Positions 36,730 to 44,601 of a DNA stretch of 55,722 nt are shown here, one piece after another. The notes beneath the pieces were generated by a model, which saw nothing but the letters and a program-made list of their open reading frames with translations, was not told the DNA's origin and ran no database searches. How positions within the stretch are numbered: the stretch's first letter is position 1; each line of letters starts with the position of its first letter. Position numbers and translations under genes: made by a program. Location: assembly GCA_025058615.1 (NCBI GenBank), contig JANXDM010000001.1, forward strand, positions 1-55,722, written 5' to 3'. Source of the DNA: Candidatus Pacearchaeota archaeon. GTDB lineage: Archaea > Nanobdellota > Nanobdellia > Pacearchaeales > UBA284.

Positions 36730-37689
36730 TCAAGGTTCCTCGTCAGTTATTCCTTTTTCTGTTATAAAAAAAATAGTTTCTGCTTCCGGCAAGTTTGGAG
36801 AATCTATCATTCGTGCTATTCTTGCATCTTTTTTTCCTTTTCTCAAGTAGATTCTATAAGTACTGGCGTGTGCGACTATATGCCCCCCTATCGCTCTGGT
36901 TGGATCGCCGAACATCATAGAAGGATCGGCCATGACTTGATTAGTAACATAAACAGCAAGGTTGTATGTTTCTGCAAGTCTCATTAATGAATGTAAATGT
37001 CTGTTTATGCGTTGCTGTCTTTCAGCAAGTTGCCCTCTTCCGGTAAATTCTGCCCTGAAATGTGCAGTAAGGCTGTCGACTATTATTAGTTTTATTGGTT
37101 CTCCATTTTTGAGGAGTTCTGAAATTTTTTCAACCAAAAGAATCTGATGGTCAGAATTGAAAGCACGCGCAACAAAAATATTTTTCAAAGTTTTTTGGAA
37201 ATCTAATCCAAGGGCCTCACACATTTGCTTTATTCTTTCTGGTCTAAAAGTAGACTCTGTGTCAATCCATACTACTTTTCCGTTTGCTCCTTTTTTTTCT
37301 AAAGGTAGTTGCGCATTTACTGCAAGCTGATGTGCAAGTTGGCTTTTTCCAGAGCCGAAGGCACCATAGGTTTCTGTTATTGCCCTTGTTTCTATTCCCC
37401 CCCCAAGTAATGCGTCAAGATTTTTAGAACCAGTAGTTATTTTTATTACTTCCTGTCTTCTTTTTAAGTATTCAACAGCATTTTCGAATTCCAGATGAAG
37501 CATCTTTCTTGCAGCCGCTATGGCTTTTCTTGCAGCACTTTCAGTTATATCTGCGATTGTGCTCAATTCTGCGGGGTTCATGACAGCAATACTCATCACA
37601 TCCACATAACCAGCTTCTTCTAGTTTTGAAGCCGTTGCCGCCCCTATTCCTGGAAGATCTGTAAGTTTTATTTCTTTTTCTTTTCCCAT
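36730..37689 (-). CDS. radA: DNA repair and recombination protein RadA
   Basis: N-terminal Hh[21 protein letters not shown], Walker [15 protein letters not shown], Walker [13 protein letters not shown]. Track ORF extends to 37707; ATG 37689 (MGKEKEIK..) preferred. Confidence 0.95.
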   Translation of the reverse strand: MGKEKEIKLTDLPGIGAATASKLEEAGYVDVMSIAVMNPAELSTIADITESAARKAIAAARKMLHLEFENAVEYLKRRQEVIKITTGSKNLDALLGGGIETRAITETYGAFGSGKSQLAHQLAVNAQLPLEKKGANGKVVWIDTESTFRPERIKQMCEALGLDFQKTLKNIFVARAFNSDHQILLVEKISELLKNGEPIKLIIVDSLTAHFRAEFTGRGQLAERQQRINRHLHSLMRLAETYNLAVYVTNQVMADPSMMFGDPTRAIGGHIVAHASTYRIYLRKGKKDARIARMIDSPNLPEAETIFFITEKGITDEEP

Positions 37690-37738
37690 AATAATTATTC
37701 TATACATTGGCTTTTATAAACATTATTCTTTTCTAGCA

Positions 37739-38209
37739 CTATAAAAAATTAGATAATTTATGAAAAGTCATCAACGAGACTAACACAAAAAATACAAGAA
37801 ATAACAAGTTTTCTAAAAGAGAGCCCGTTCTTAAGAATCCTTTTACTTTTACTTTCAAAGGCCAAAAAAGATAAACTCCTTTTATAGTTAGGGAATCAAG
37901 AAGCAAATGGGAAGAGTATCCTGTAGCGAATCCCAGTATTAATACTGGAGAAATTTTTAACAAAAAAAGTGTCAAAGAAAAAATAATCACAAAAGTAAAA
38001 CTTTGAAGGAACCCCCTGTGCCCAAAAAATAAATTGATTAAATGGCTTAGTAAGATTCTTTTTCCTATTTTTGATTTTGGTAGATCTAAGTCAAGAACCA
38101 CCGAAGAAACAACTGTAGAGATAAAAAAAAGAAATTTATTTTTTATTACTAAGGGATCAAGCAGCAAAAAGAGAAAAATTGAAAAAACAAGATGGGTCCT
38201 AAAAAGCAT
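37739..38209 (-). CDS. YdjM/DUF457-like membrane-bound metal-dependent hydrolase
   Basis: 156 aa. N-terminal MLFRTHLVFS, internal HRGFLQS and HLLLDSLT..GV.LFWP, as in the DUF457 family. Confidence 0.55.
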   Translation of the reverse strand: MLFRTHLVFSIFLFLLLDPLVIKNKFLFFISTVVSSVVLDLDLPKSKIGKRILLSHLINLFFGHRGFLQSFTFVIIFSLTLFLLKISPVLILGFATGYSSHLLLDSLTIKGVYLFWPLKVKVKGFLRTGSLLENLLFLVFFVLVSLMTFHKLSNFL

Positions 38210-39170
38210 TTTTTTTACTCAGTTCCTTTATTATTTCTTCTGGATTTACTTCTGAAAAATCATTGACTACGAATTCTTCTCTATCAAATAAAGCATTTTT
38301 TCTCATACGTCCTGCAAATATATATTCTGTTCCTAATATTTTTTGTTTTTTTTCTATTATTATTTCTGGATTTTGTAAATTTTCTATACTTTCTGCTAAA
38401 AATTTCAATGCTGCTTCATGAAAAAACAATATTCTTACGTTAGCAGATCCGTCGTCTGCTATTCCACTTAAAATTATTCTTTTTTTTGGTATCACGAGAC
38501 CATGCTTTATACACAATGTTTTATCATTTTCGAAAGTCGTTTTCATGCTGCACTCAGGGCATACGTTAAAAAAAGAAGGATTAAATAGCTGCACGACCGT
38601 TGCTCTTATTAGTGCATTCTCGTTTTTTCTTAATTCTGATATTTTTGAAATTTTTTTATTATTTGTTCTTACTATTGTTTCTATCTTTTTGTCGCTCAAT
38701 ACAATTTCAGAGCTACTCGTCAAATGTAATTCTTTTGTTGCAATTCCTTTTACATCTGCTTTTTTTATTTCTATTACACTTCCCTCTTTTATAATTTCTT
38801 TTTTTAAAAGCTCTATATGTTTCGTATCCCAAACTACTACTTTTATACTACCTGTTGAATCTGCAATCTCAAAAGAAGCAACTTCCAATTCCTTTCCTCC
38901 TCTTACAAATTTTCTTATTGGATCTATCGCTATGATTTTCCCTGAAACATTTACTTTTTTCATTCCAGAAAGCAAATCTATTATTTGTAATTCTTTTTCT
39001 TGGAAGGAAACACCCAATTCGGAAGCAACTATTTGTGCTGCTCCTTCATCACTTATCAATCCAGAAAATAATGCTTTTTTTGCTTCTACTTTCCTCTTGA
39101 CTTCTTCTATACTTGTATTAGAAAGTTTTGCTATTTTTTCTAAGATTTGTTCTATAGGGGCTTTTATCAT
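38199..39170 (-). CDS. rpa: Replication protein A (RPA)-like ssDNA-binding protein, two OB folds with zinc motif
   Basis: N-terminus LISDEGAAQIVASELGV. OB1 VNVSGKIIAIDPIRKF..LEVASFEIADSTGSIKVVVWD. OB2 interrupted by CPECSMK..CIKH zinc element. Confidence 0.75.
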   Translation of the reverse strand: MIKAPIEQILEKIAKLSNTSIEEVKRKVEAKKALFSGLISDEGAAQIVASELGVSFQEKELQIIDLLSGMKKVNVSGKIIAIDPIRKFVRGGKELEVASFEIADSTGSIKVVVWDTKHIELLKKEIIKEGSVIEIKKADVKGIATKELHLTSSSEIVLSDKKIETIVRTNNKKISKISELRKNENALIRATVVQLFNPSFFNVCPECSMKTTFENDKTLCIKHGLVIPKKRIILSGIADDGSANVRILFFHEAALKFLAESIENLQNPEIIIEKKQKILGTEYIFAGRMRKNALFDREEFVVNDFSEVNPEEIIKELSKKNAF

Positions 39171-39886
39171 TTTAATTTTATTGCTACTCGTATTTTTATT
39201 TTTTCAAAAACAGGAACATTTTCTTTTATTAAAAGATATTTTTTCTTGGACTCAATATCTACGAAAAAGTAATATTGTTTTTTTTCAGTATAGAGGTCCC
39301 AATCCTTTAATTGAATTTTTTTAAAGCAATTTTCTTCTTCGCATTCTTTCAATTGATTGTATAAGTTTTCCATTTCTTGTAAGTTTATGCTTTCTGTAAA
39401 ATTCAACTTTATTTCTGAAAGAAAGCTATAATTGACGGCATTCTCTTTTCTTTCTTCTATCTTCACTTCTAATTCTATAGTTTCAAAAGGTGTGCACGAG
39501 AAATTCAATTTTTTTGGATATCTTTCCATTATTTTAGAAAATTCTTCGCAAAATAATCTGGAGAACCATTCTTTTAATTCACGCGGTTTGCAATTTTCTT
39601 CCCATACTATTTTTCCTTCTTGCAGCATACATTCTGAGTAATCTTTTACAAAAGAAGTATTTGCCATTCTGTTTAATGTTTGGGATTCAGCAAGCTCTAA
39701 TGCTTTTTTCATATAAACCTTTATTCTTTCTTTCTCTTGTTCTATTTCTAGAAACTTTTTTGCAGTTATAGTGTTTTTCAAAATTTCTTTTTGGGTTGTA
39801 GTAAGAAGATAAAGAGCCACACCAATAGCTAGCAAGGTAACCAAAACAAAAGTTACACCAAAAGTTATAGCTTTTTTGTTTTTCAT
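39167..39886 (-). CDS. Prepilin-like secreted/anchored protein
   Basis: Start set to MKNKKAITFGVTFVLVTLLAIGVALYLL (basic KKA then a hydrophobic helix, like a class III signal peptide). Stop overlaps the RPA start by 4 nt. Confidence 0.55.
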   Translation of the reverse strand: MKNKKAITFGVTFVLVTLLAIGVALYLLTTTQKEILKNTITAKKFLEIEQEKERIKVYMKKALELAESQTLNRMANTSFVKDYSECMLQEGKIVWEENCKPRELKEWFSRLFCEEFSKIMERYPKKLNFSCTPFETIELEVKIEERKENAVNYSFLSEIKLNFTESINLQEMENLYNQLKECEEENCFKKIQLKDWDLYTEKKQYYFFVDIESKKKYLLIKENVPVFEKIKIRVAIKLK

Positions 39887-39890
39887 TTTA

Positions 39891-40370
39891 TTACATCCCG
39901 TAAGTATAATCATGTTCTATATACATTGCAACAACTATTGCAATCGTTTCGTTTGAAGGAAGTAGAAGACATGAATTGTACTCTGTAGGGTCTTTTGTAT
40001 TTTCACATCTTTCTCTGATTTCTAGATAGCAGCAACATCCTTTTTTCAAATTTTTTATACAGAACTCTTCTAATTTTTCTTTTATTTCTCTCGGTAGTTC
40101 TTTCCTCAAGATCAATATTTGTGAGAGTTCTAACTCTTCAGTTTCATCACCTAATTGTATTTTTATTTTTTTCTCTAAAAACTCTTCTAACGCTTTTTGC
40201 ATCCTTATTTTGTCTTGTAAGATTTTTGAATCTTCTTCTATTCTTTTGTTGGTAGAATTAGAAAGAATTATAGAGATGACTAAGAAGATGATTACTAGAA
40301 AAAAAGCAACAAGGAAAGCTACGACATCATGAGTTAATTCTCCGATTTGTGCTTTCTTTCTTTCAAACAT
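39891..40370 (-). CDS. Prepilin-like protein, Cys-rich
   Basis: MFERKKAQIGELTHDVVAFLVAFFLVIIFLV; C-terminal domain with CCCYLEIRERC and further Cys. Confidence 0.55.
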   Translation of the reverse strand: MFERKKAQIGELTHDVVAFLVAFFLVIIFLVISIILSNSTNKRIEEDSKILQDKIRMQKALEEFLEKKIKIQLGDETEELELSQILILRKELPREIKEKLEEFCIKNLKKGCCCYLEIRERCENTKDPTEYNSCLLLPSNETIAIVVAMYIEHDYTYGM

Positions 40371-40809
40371 TTTTTTCTGTTTTTAGGATCGCCAAGTGTA
40401 ATGACAAAATTTTTTCTGTTTCATTCTCGAAAAAAAGATAATTGTCGTTGAAGCAATGAGGAAAATGTTTCATCTTAATTTGCTTTTCTTTCATCTCACA
40501 ATAAGTCTTTAGCTCCTGTCTTCCCAAACTTAAATTTTTTTCTGATTTGTTTTCTTTGTTTATGCTTATTTCTAAGAATATTTCTTGGTCAAGAGTTATA
40601 CATTCTTTTATTTTACTCTCGTTTAGAGTATTCTTTTCTATACATGCAACAAGTTTGTTTGCAAGCAAAGAAGCCTCGAGAGGCCTCACGTCGTACTCTA
40701 AAGAATTATGTCTTATTATTCCAAACAAGAGTAAGCCTATGATTATTATAATCATGATAAAACGGTATAACCAAATTAAAGATTCTGAAAGTTGTGCTTT
40801 TTTTTGCAT
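40363..40809 (-). CDS. Prepilin-like protein
   Basis: MQKKAQLSESLIWLYRFIMIIIIIGLLLF. 8-nt overlap with the downstream gene. Confidence 0.55.
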   Translation of the reverse strand: MQKKAQLSESLIWLYRFIMIIIIIGLLLFGIIRHNSLEYDVRPLEASLLANKLVACIEKNTLNESKIKECITLDQEIFLEISINKENKSEKNLSLGRQELKTYCEMKEKQIKMKHFPHCFNDNYLFFENETEKILSLHLAILKTEKNV

Positions 40810-40810
40810 T

Positions 40811-41137
40811 TTATTCTATAAAAATTATAGTTTTATTATCTTTTTTTTCGAATTCGAATTTGCTATGGCATGGATAAAAGAAACCCGGGTCGAACTTGTT
40901 TTTTTTTACAAGAAAACCATTTTCATATTTTTCTATTATAAATTTAGTATCTATGATTATGGTTGTGTTTTTTTTGGCCATAGATACAAGGCATAATTCT
41001 TTCGAAATTATTTTTGGAACAGTTCCTTCTGCTGTTTTTGTTGAGATAAAATAAATAACAACAGAAAGAAGAAATGTGAGAATAATGATACTAAAGATAG
41101 AATGATAAAGTAAAGTTTCTGTAGCTCTTTTGTTCAT
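40811..41137 (-). CDS. Prepilin-like protein
   Basis: MNKRATETLLYHSIFSIIILTFLLSVVIYFI. First gene after a 250-bp spacer. Confidence 0.5.
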   Translation of the reverse strand: MNKRATETLLYHSIFSIIILTFLLSVVIYFISTKTAEGTVPKIISKELCLVSMAKKNTTIIIDTKFIIEKYENGFLVKKNKFDPGFFYPCHSKFEFEKKDNKTIIFIE

Positions 41138-41387
41138 GGTTTTTTAAAGAAAAAATAAGCTTAATAATTTTTTGTTTAGAAAATTTGATAAATTAAAAAT
41201 TTTCTTTAAAGGAAAAAAGAATACTTGCATTGCAGATCTTTTTGCGAACAGGAGAGAATGGGAAGATTATAAATTTAAACAAGATTTTTAAAGAAAAAAT
41301 AAGAAAAATTTTCCAGGCGTACTAAGGCTGTTAGAGAACATATTATCAAGAAATTTGTTATGAGACTATGAAGTAGCTATTAAATAA

Positions 41388-42278
41388 TCAAGGAATGCTT
41401 TCTATACTAGAACATTTTAATTGTTTGATTGCTTCTGCTTCGAAAGGGACGAGCATGAAACTTACCCAATAATCATTTTTTTCTATTAATTCCTGAAGTT
41501 TGTCCCCAATCTCATTTCCTGTATAAATTCCAAAAGTAGTCCCGGCTAGTGCTCCCGTTAAGGTAACTACTGTTGAAATTTTTCCTGCGATAAGAGACCC
41601 AACCACGGTTCCTGCTCCTGGAAGAATGATGGTGCCTATTGCTGCACCAGCAAAAGCTCCGGCCAAACCCATTATAGTCCCCCCACCTAGAGACCCTAGT
41701 AATGTAGATTTTTCTGTTAAAGAATATACAAGCGCATATTTTCTGTTAGTTTCTAAAGAAATCTCTACAGGAAGTTTTTCTATAGGGGCTTCTGCATTTT
41801 GTAGAAATTCCCAATAAGAAATATTCTTACCCGGAACTTTTGTTTTTATCAAATAGAGAAGAATACCATCTATTTTTTTGATTTTTTTTTGTACCTTTTC
41901 ATCAAATTCTATTGTTGCGCATATCACACAATAGCTCGGATTCCCCAGTGTTGGCTTTCGTTGGAAAAAGTTCATCTTACCTTGTCCTAGCATCCACCAG
42001 CAGTCGTACATTGTATTTGCTATTTCTCTTTTTATTGTTTCTTCGTTTGTTGAATCTATCTTTATCTTTTGTGTTTTACACCTAAGCGGAACTTCTAATA
42101 CTAATTCACCTCGCAGGAAAATTTCATTTCTAAGAACAACACTTTTGTGACAAGCTTCTTTTTCAGAACTTTCTTTATAAGGGATCTGTCTAAAAAAATA
42201 GAAAAGCAACGCAGCTGCCACAACCAATATTATTAAACCTATCAAAAAATGTTGAGTTATCCCTGCTTTTTTTTTCAT
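41388..42278 (-). CDS. Prepilin-like protein with Cys-containing domain and C-terminal glycine-zipper segment
   Basis: MKKKAGITQHFLIGLIILVVAAALLF. Later LLGSLGGGTIMGLAGAFAGAAIGTIILPGAGTVVGSLIAGKISTVVTLTGALAGTTFGIYTG. Confidence 0.6.
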   Translation of the reverse strand: MKKKAGITQHFLIGLIILVVAAALLFYFFRQIPYKESSEKEACHKSVVLRNEIFLRGELVLEVPLRCKTQKIKIDSTNEETIKREIANTMYDCWWMLGQGKMNFFQRKPTLGNPSYCVICATIEFDEKVQKKIKKIDGILLYLIKTKVPGKNISYWEFLQNAEAPIEKLPVEISLETNRKYALVYSLTEKSTLLGSLGGGTIMGLAGAFAGAAIGTIILPGAGTVVGSLIAGKISTVVTLTGALAGTTFGIYTGNEIGDKLQELIEKNDYWVSFMLVPFEAEAIKQLKCSSIESIP

Positions 42279-42403
42279 TTTACTCGAACAAATTTATTCC
42301 CAATGCCGGCAAAAGATATTTGACAAAAGCAAAAGCTATTACGAAGCATGCTACTATAATTATTATTAACCTTATTAAATTTTCGCTGACGCTTTTTTTA
42401 TTT

Positions 42404-42886
42404 TTAATTTTCATATTTCTTCAAGAGTTCAACTTCGTAATGAGTCCCTGCATGGGTTATATTCAAATCCATTATATTTATTTTCAAAAAAAGAGTTTCG
42501 TTTTTCATTTTGAAAATTAAATCAATTTCACGACATGCTTTTTCGTCACACTTATTTTTTTCACAAATACATAAAACTCTCTTTCCTAACATAGAAGATG
42601 GCTTTTCGTAATTATTTTTATTTATGTTTACGTTTTCTTCAAAGCAAACGATATGCCAGCCTTTTGGTGTTGTTACGGTTATTATTCTCGAACTTCCTGG
42701 TTGCATCTTTTTTACTTCTTCAATGATGTATTCCAAAGTGCCTATGGCTTTTTCCATCGAAGACTTTCCGAAAAGGAATCCTAAGAATATTCCAAAAATG
42801 ATAAAAATTAAGGTTATTCCGATGACAGCAATAATTAATTTTACAATTTCTGGCCCTAATATTTTATGATCAGCTTTTTTATTCAT
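42404..42886 (-). CDS. Prepilin-like protein, Cys-rich
   Basis: Start set to ATG 42886: MNKKADHKILGPEIVKLIIAVIGITLIFIIF. CICEKNKCDEKAC cluster. Confidence 0.55.
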   Translation of the reverse strand: MNKKADHKILGPEIVKLIIAVIGITLIFIIFGIFLGFLFGKSSMEKAIGTLEYIIEEVKKMQPGSSRIITVTTPKGWHIVCFEENVNINKNNYEKPSSMLGKRVLCICEKNKCDEKACREIDLIFKMKNETLFLKINIMDLNITHAGTHYEVELLKKYEN

Positions 42887-42949
42887 TTCTAAAAAAAGCA
42901 AGCAAACTATTTAAAAGTTGTTTAACCGTATTGTTCTCTAGGTATTAAC

Positions 42950-43150
42950 CTACTGTAATGGCTTGACTTGAGAAGCATTCCATAACCCTAGAGCATTTTT
43001 TATTTTTGTCCATATACTGCTAGAAATGTCTTTCATCGCACCGGTTAAAATTAAAACAAGAATAACCAGAACAATAAGTAGTAAAATAATAATAACAATT
43101 GTGTTAATAGAAAGCTCTACCCCCTTCTTTTTTATTCCTAATCCGCCCAT
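42950..43150 (-). CDS. Minimal type IV pilin-like protein (66 aa)
   Basis: MGGLGIKKKGVELSINTIVIIILLLIVLVILVL has the classic archaeal class III signal peptide shape (KKG then a hydrophobic helix). Overlaps the upstream gene by 13 nt. Confidence 0.65.
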   Translation of the reverse strand: MGGLGIKKKGVELSINTIVIIILLLIVLVILVLILTGAMKDISSSIWTKIKNALGLWNASQVKPLQ

Positions 43151-43512
43151 TCTTTTTCTAACTCTTCACACATTTCTTTTGTGAACTCCACTCGCTTGCA
43201 CTCTTCTGTTTTGTAGGCTGCTATTTCTTTGTCGGTGCATCTCATTTTAACTGTGCTTTTTCCGTCGGTCGCTTTTATTATGAAGTCGTGATAACAAAAC
43301 ATTTCTTTGTTGAGACCTGTGCAATAAGTTTTACAAACCTCTCTCGCTTGTTCTACGTCAGCTTGGTCCCATGCTCCTTTCGCACCTGTTATTCTCTGCC
43401 ACAAACTTTTCATTCCTCCGGTAAAATAGAGAGCAATAATTACCAAAACTAAAAGAGCAAGGATTATTATTATTATTGTTGTTATATTAATTTCTGCTCC
43501 GCGTTTTTGCAT
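43138..43512 (-). CDS. Type IV pilin-like protein, Cys-rich head
   Basis: MQKRGAEINITTIIIIILALLVLVIIALYF (KRG then a hydrophobic helix). Seven Cys in the C-terminal 80 aa. Confidence 0.65.
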   Translation of the reverse strand: MQKRGAEINITTIIIIILALLVLVIIALYFTGGMKSLWQRITGAKGAWDQADVEQAREVCKTYCTGLNKEMFCYHDFIIKATDGKSTVKMRCTDKEIAAYKTEECKRVEFTKEMCEELEKEWAD

Positions 43513-43559
43513 TTTCCTCTTTTATTAAATAAGAACTTTTTTATTTTTTAAAACTTTCG

Positions 43560-44444
43560 TTATTCTATACATCCATTTTTTATTTTAATCTCTTGTCCTG
43601 AAGTTATGTTTTTTGCCTCGTGAGAACAAAGTAGATTTTCTTTTTCAAATTTTACTTCCTCTTTTTTTAAGAAAAGTTCTTTTTTCATTTCTATCTTTGT
43701 TTTTTTTATAACTTCTCCTTCATACAAAAGAAGGATTTCATTTTTTTTACATTTTATAATATATCCAATTGGAAGTTCTACCTTTTTGATAGCCTCTTTG
43801 TTTGCTTTTAATAAAGAAACGATATATTCGAATTCCTTTATTGCTTCCGTCCTTCTTTCCTTACAAAGCGGGAATTCTTCGATCATTTTTTGTATTTTTT
43901 CTGCATCTTGAATTTTTTTTGTCATCAAGAGAAAACCAACTTCATGAGTTCTCTTGTAAATTTTATCAGACGTGATGAATCTTTTTGTTTTTTTTTCGAA
44001 AGGAAATTTTTTTGTGAATTCTATGTTGGCTTCTAAAAAAGCACTTTGCTCTAATTCCAGCGTAGGTTTTAAACTTAAAGTTTGTAGACTAAAATTTTTT
44101 ATTTTCTCTTCCCTTATCTTGTTTTTTTTATACCATAAACTTGTATTGATTGTTTTTCCTTCTACAGTAAATGTCAGATAAACCTCTTTAGGGAAAGAAT
44201 CTGAGAAGTTTGGAAAAATAACACAAAAACATTCACTATCTTTGATACTGGAGCATTCTTCGAGGCTTTTCAGAAGTTTTTTGAAGTTATCCTCCATTTT
44301 TTCTTTTAGTTCTTCGCTGAGAGAAGGACCCTTTATCCAAGAATATAATTCTCTGAAAGCTTTCGGAGCAAAAATTAAGACAATAACTATTACTATTAAA
44401 ACTATTATGAAAGCTATTACATGTGATAATTTTTCTTCAGGCAT
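43560..44444 (-). CDS. N-terminally anchored secreted protein of the pilus locus
   Basis: MPEEKLSHVIAFIIVLIVIVIVLIFAPK, 294 aa, several Cys. Confidence 0.5.
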   Translation of the reverse strand: MPEEKLSHVIAFIIVLIVIVIVLIFAPKAFRELYSWIKGPSLSEELKEKMEDNFKKLLKSLEECSSIKDSECFCVIFPNFSDSFPKEVYLTFTVEGKTINTSLWYKKNKIREEKIKNFSLQTLSLKPTLELEQSAFLEANIEFTKKFPFEKKTKRFITSDKIYKRTHEVGFLLMTKKIQDAEKIQKMIEEFPLCKERRTEAIKEFEYIVSLLKANKEAIKKVELPIGYIIKCKKNEILLLYEGEVIKKTKIEMKKELFLKKEEVKFEKENLLCSHEAKNITSGQEIKIKNGCIE

Positions 44445-44447
44445 TTT

Positions 44448-44600
44448 TCATCTTCCGAAACGTAAAAAATTTTTTAATTGTTCTATCACATTTATTCCTT
44501 TTTTTTGCATTAAATACAAGCCGATTATTACCAAGACAAGAATTATTATTGCAATTATCCACCAGCCCAATTCTTGCTGCAGCAAAGCTTTTTTTTTCAT
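44448..44600 (-). CDS. Small prepilin-like membrane protein, 50 aa; not in ORF track
   Basis: My translation is MKKKALLQQELGWWIIAIIILVLVIIGLYLMQKKGINVIEQLKNFLRFGR. It exactly fills the gap between 44602..46752 and 43560..44444 (1-nt and 3-nt spacers). Confidence 0.5.
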   Translation of the reverse strand: MKKKALLQQELGWWIIAIIILVLVIIGLYLMQKKGINVIEQLKNFLRFGR

Positions 44601-44601
44601 T

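Noticed and set aside
41138-41387. 250-bp gap inside the pilin cluster examined for a hidden small gene or ncRNA
   Set aside because: It has no convincing ORF with a start and hydrophobic N-terminus, and no stable stem-loops beyond A/T runs. I interpret it as an internal promoter or terminator region splitting the cluster into two units.
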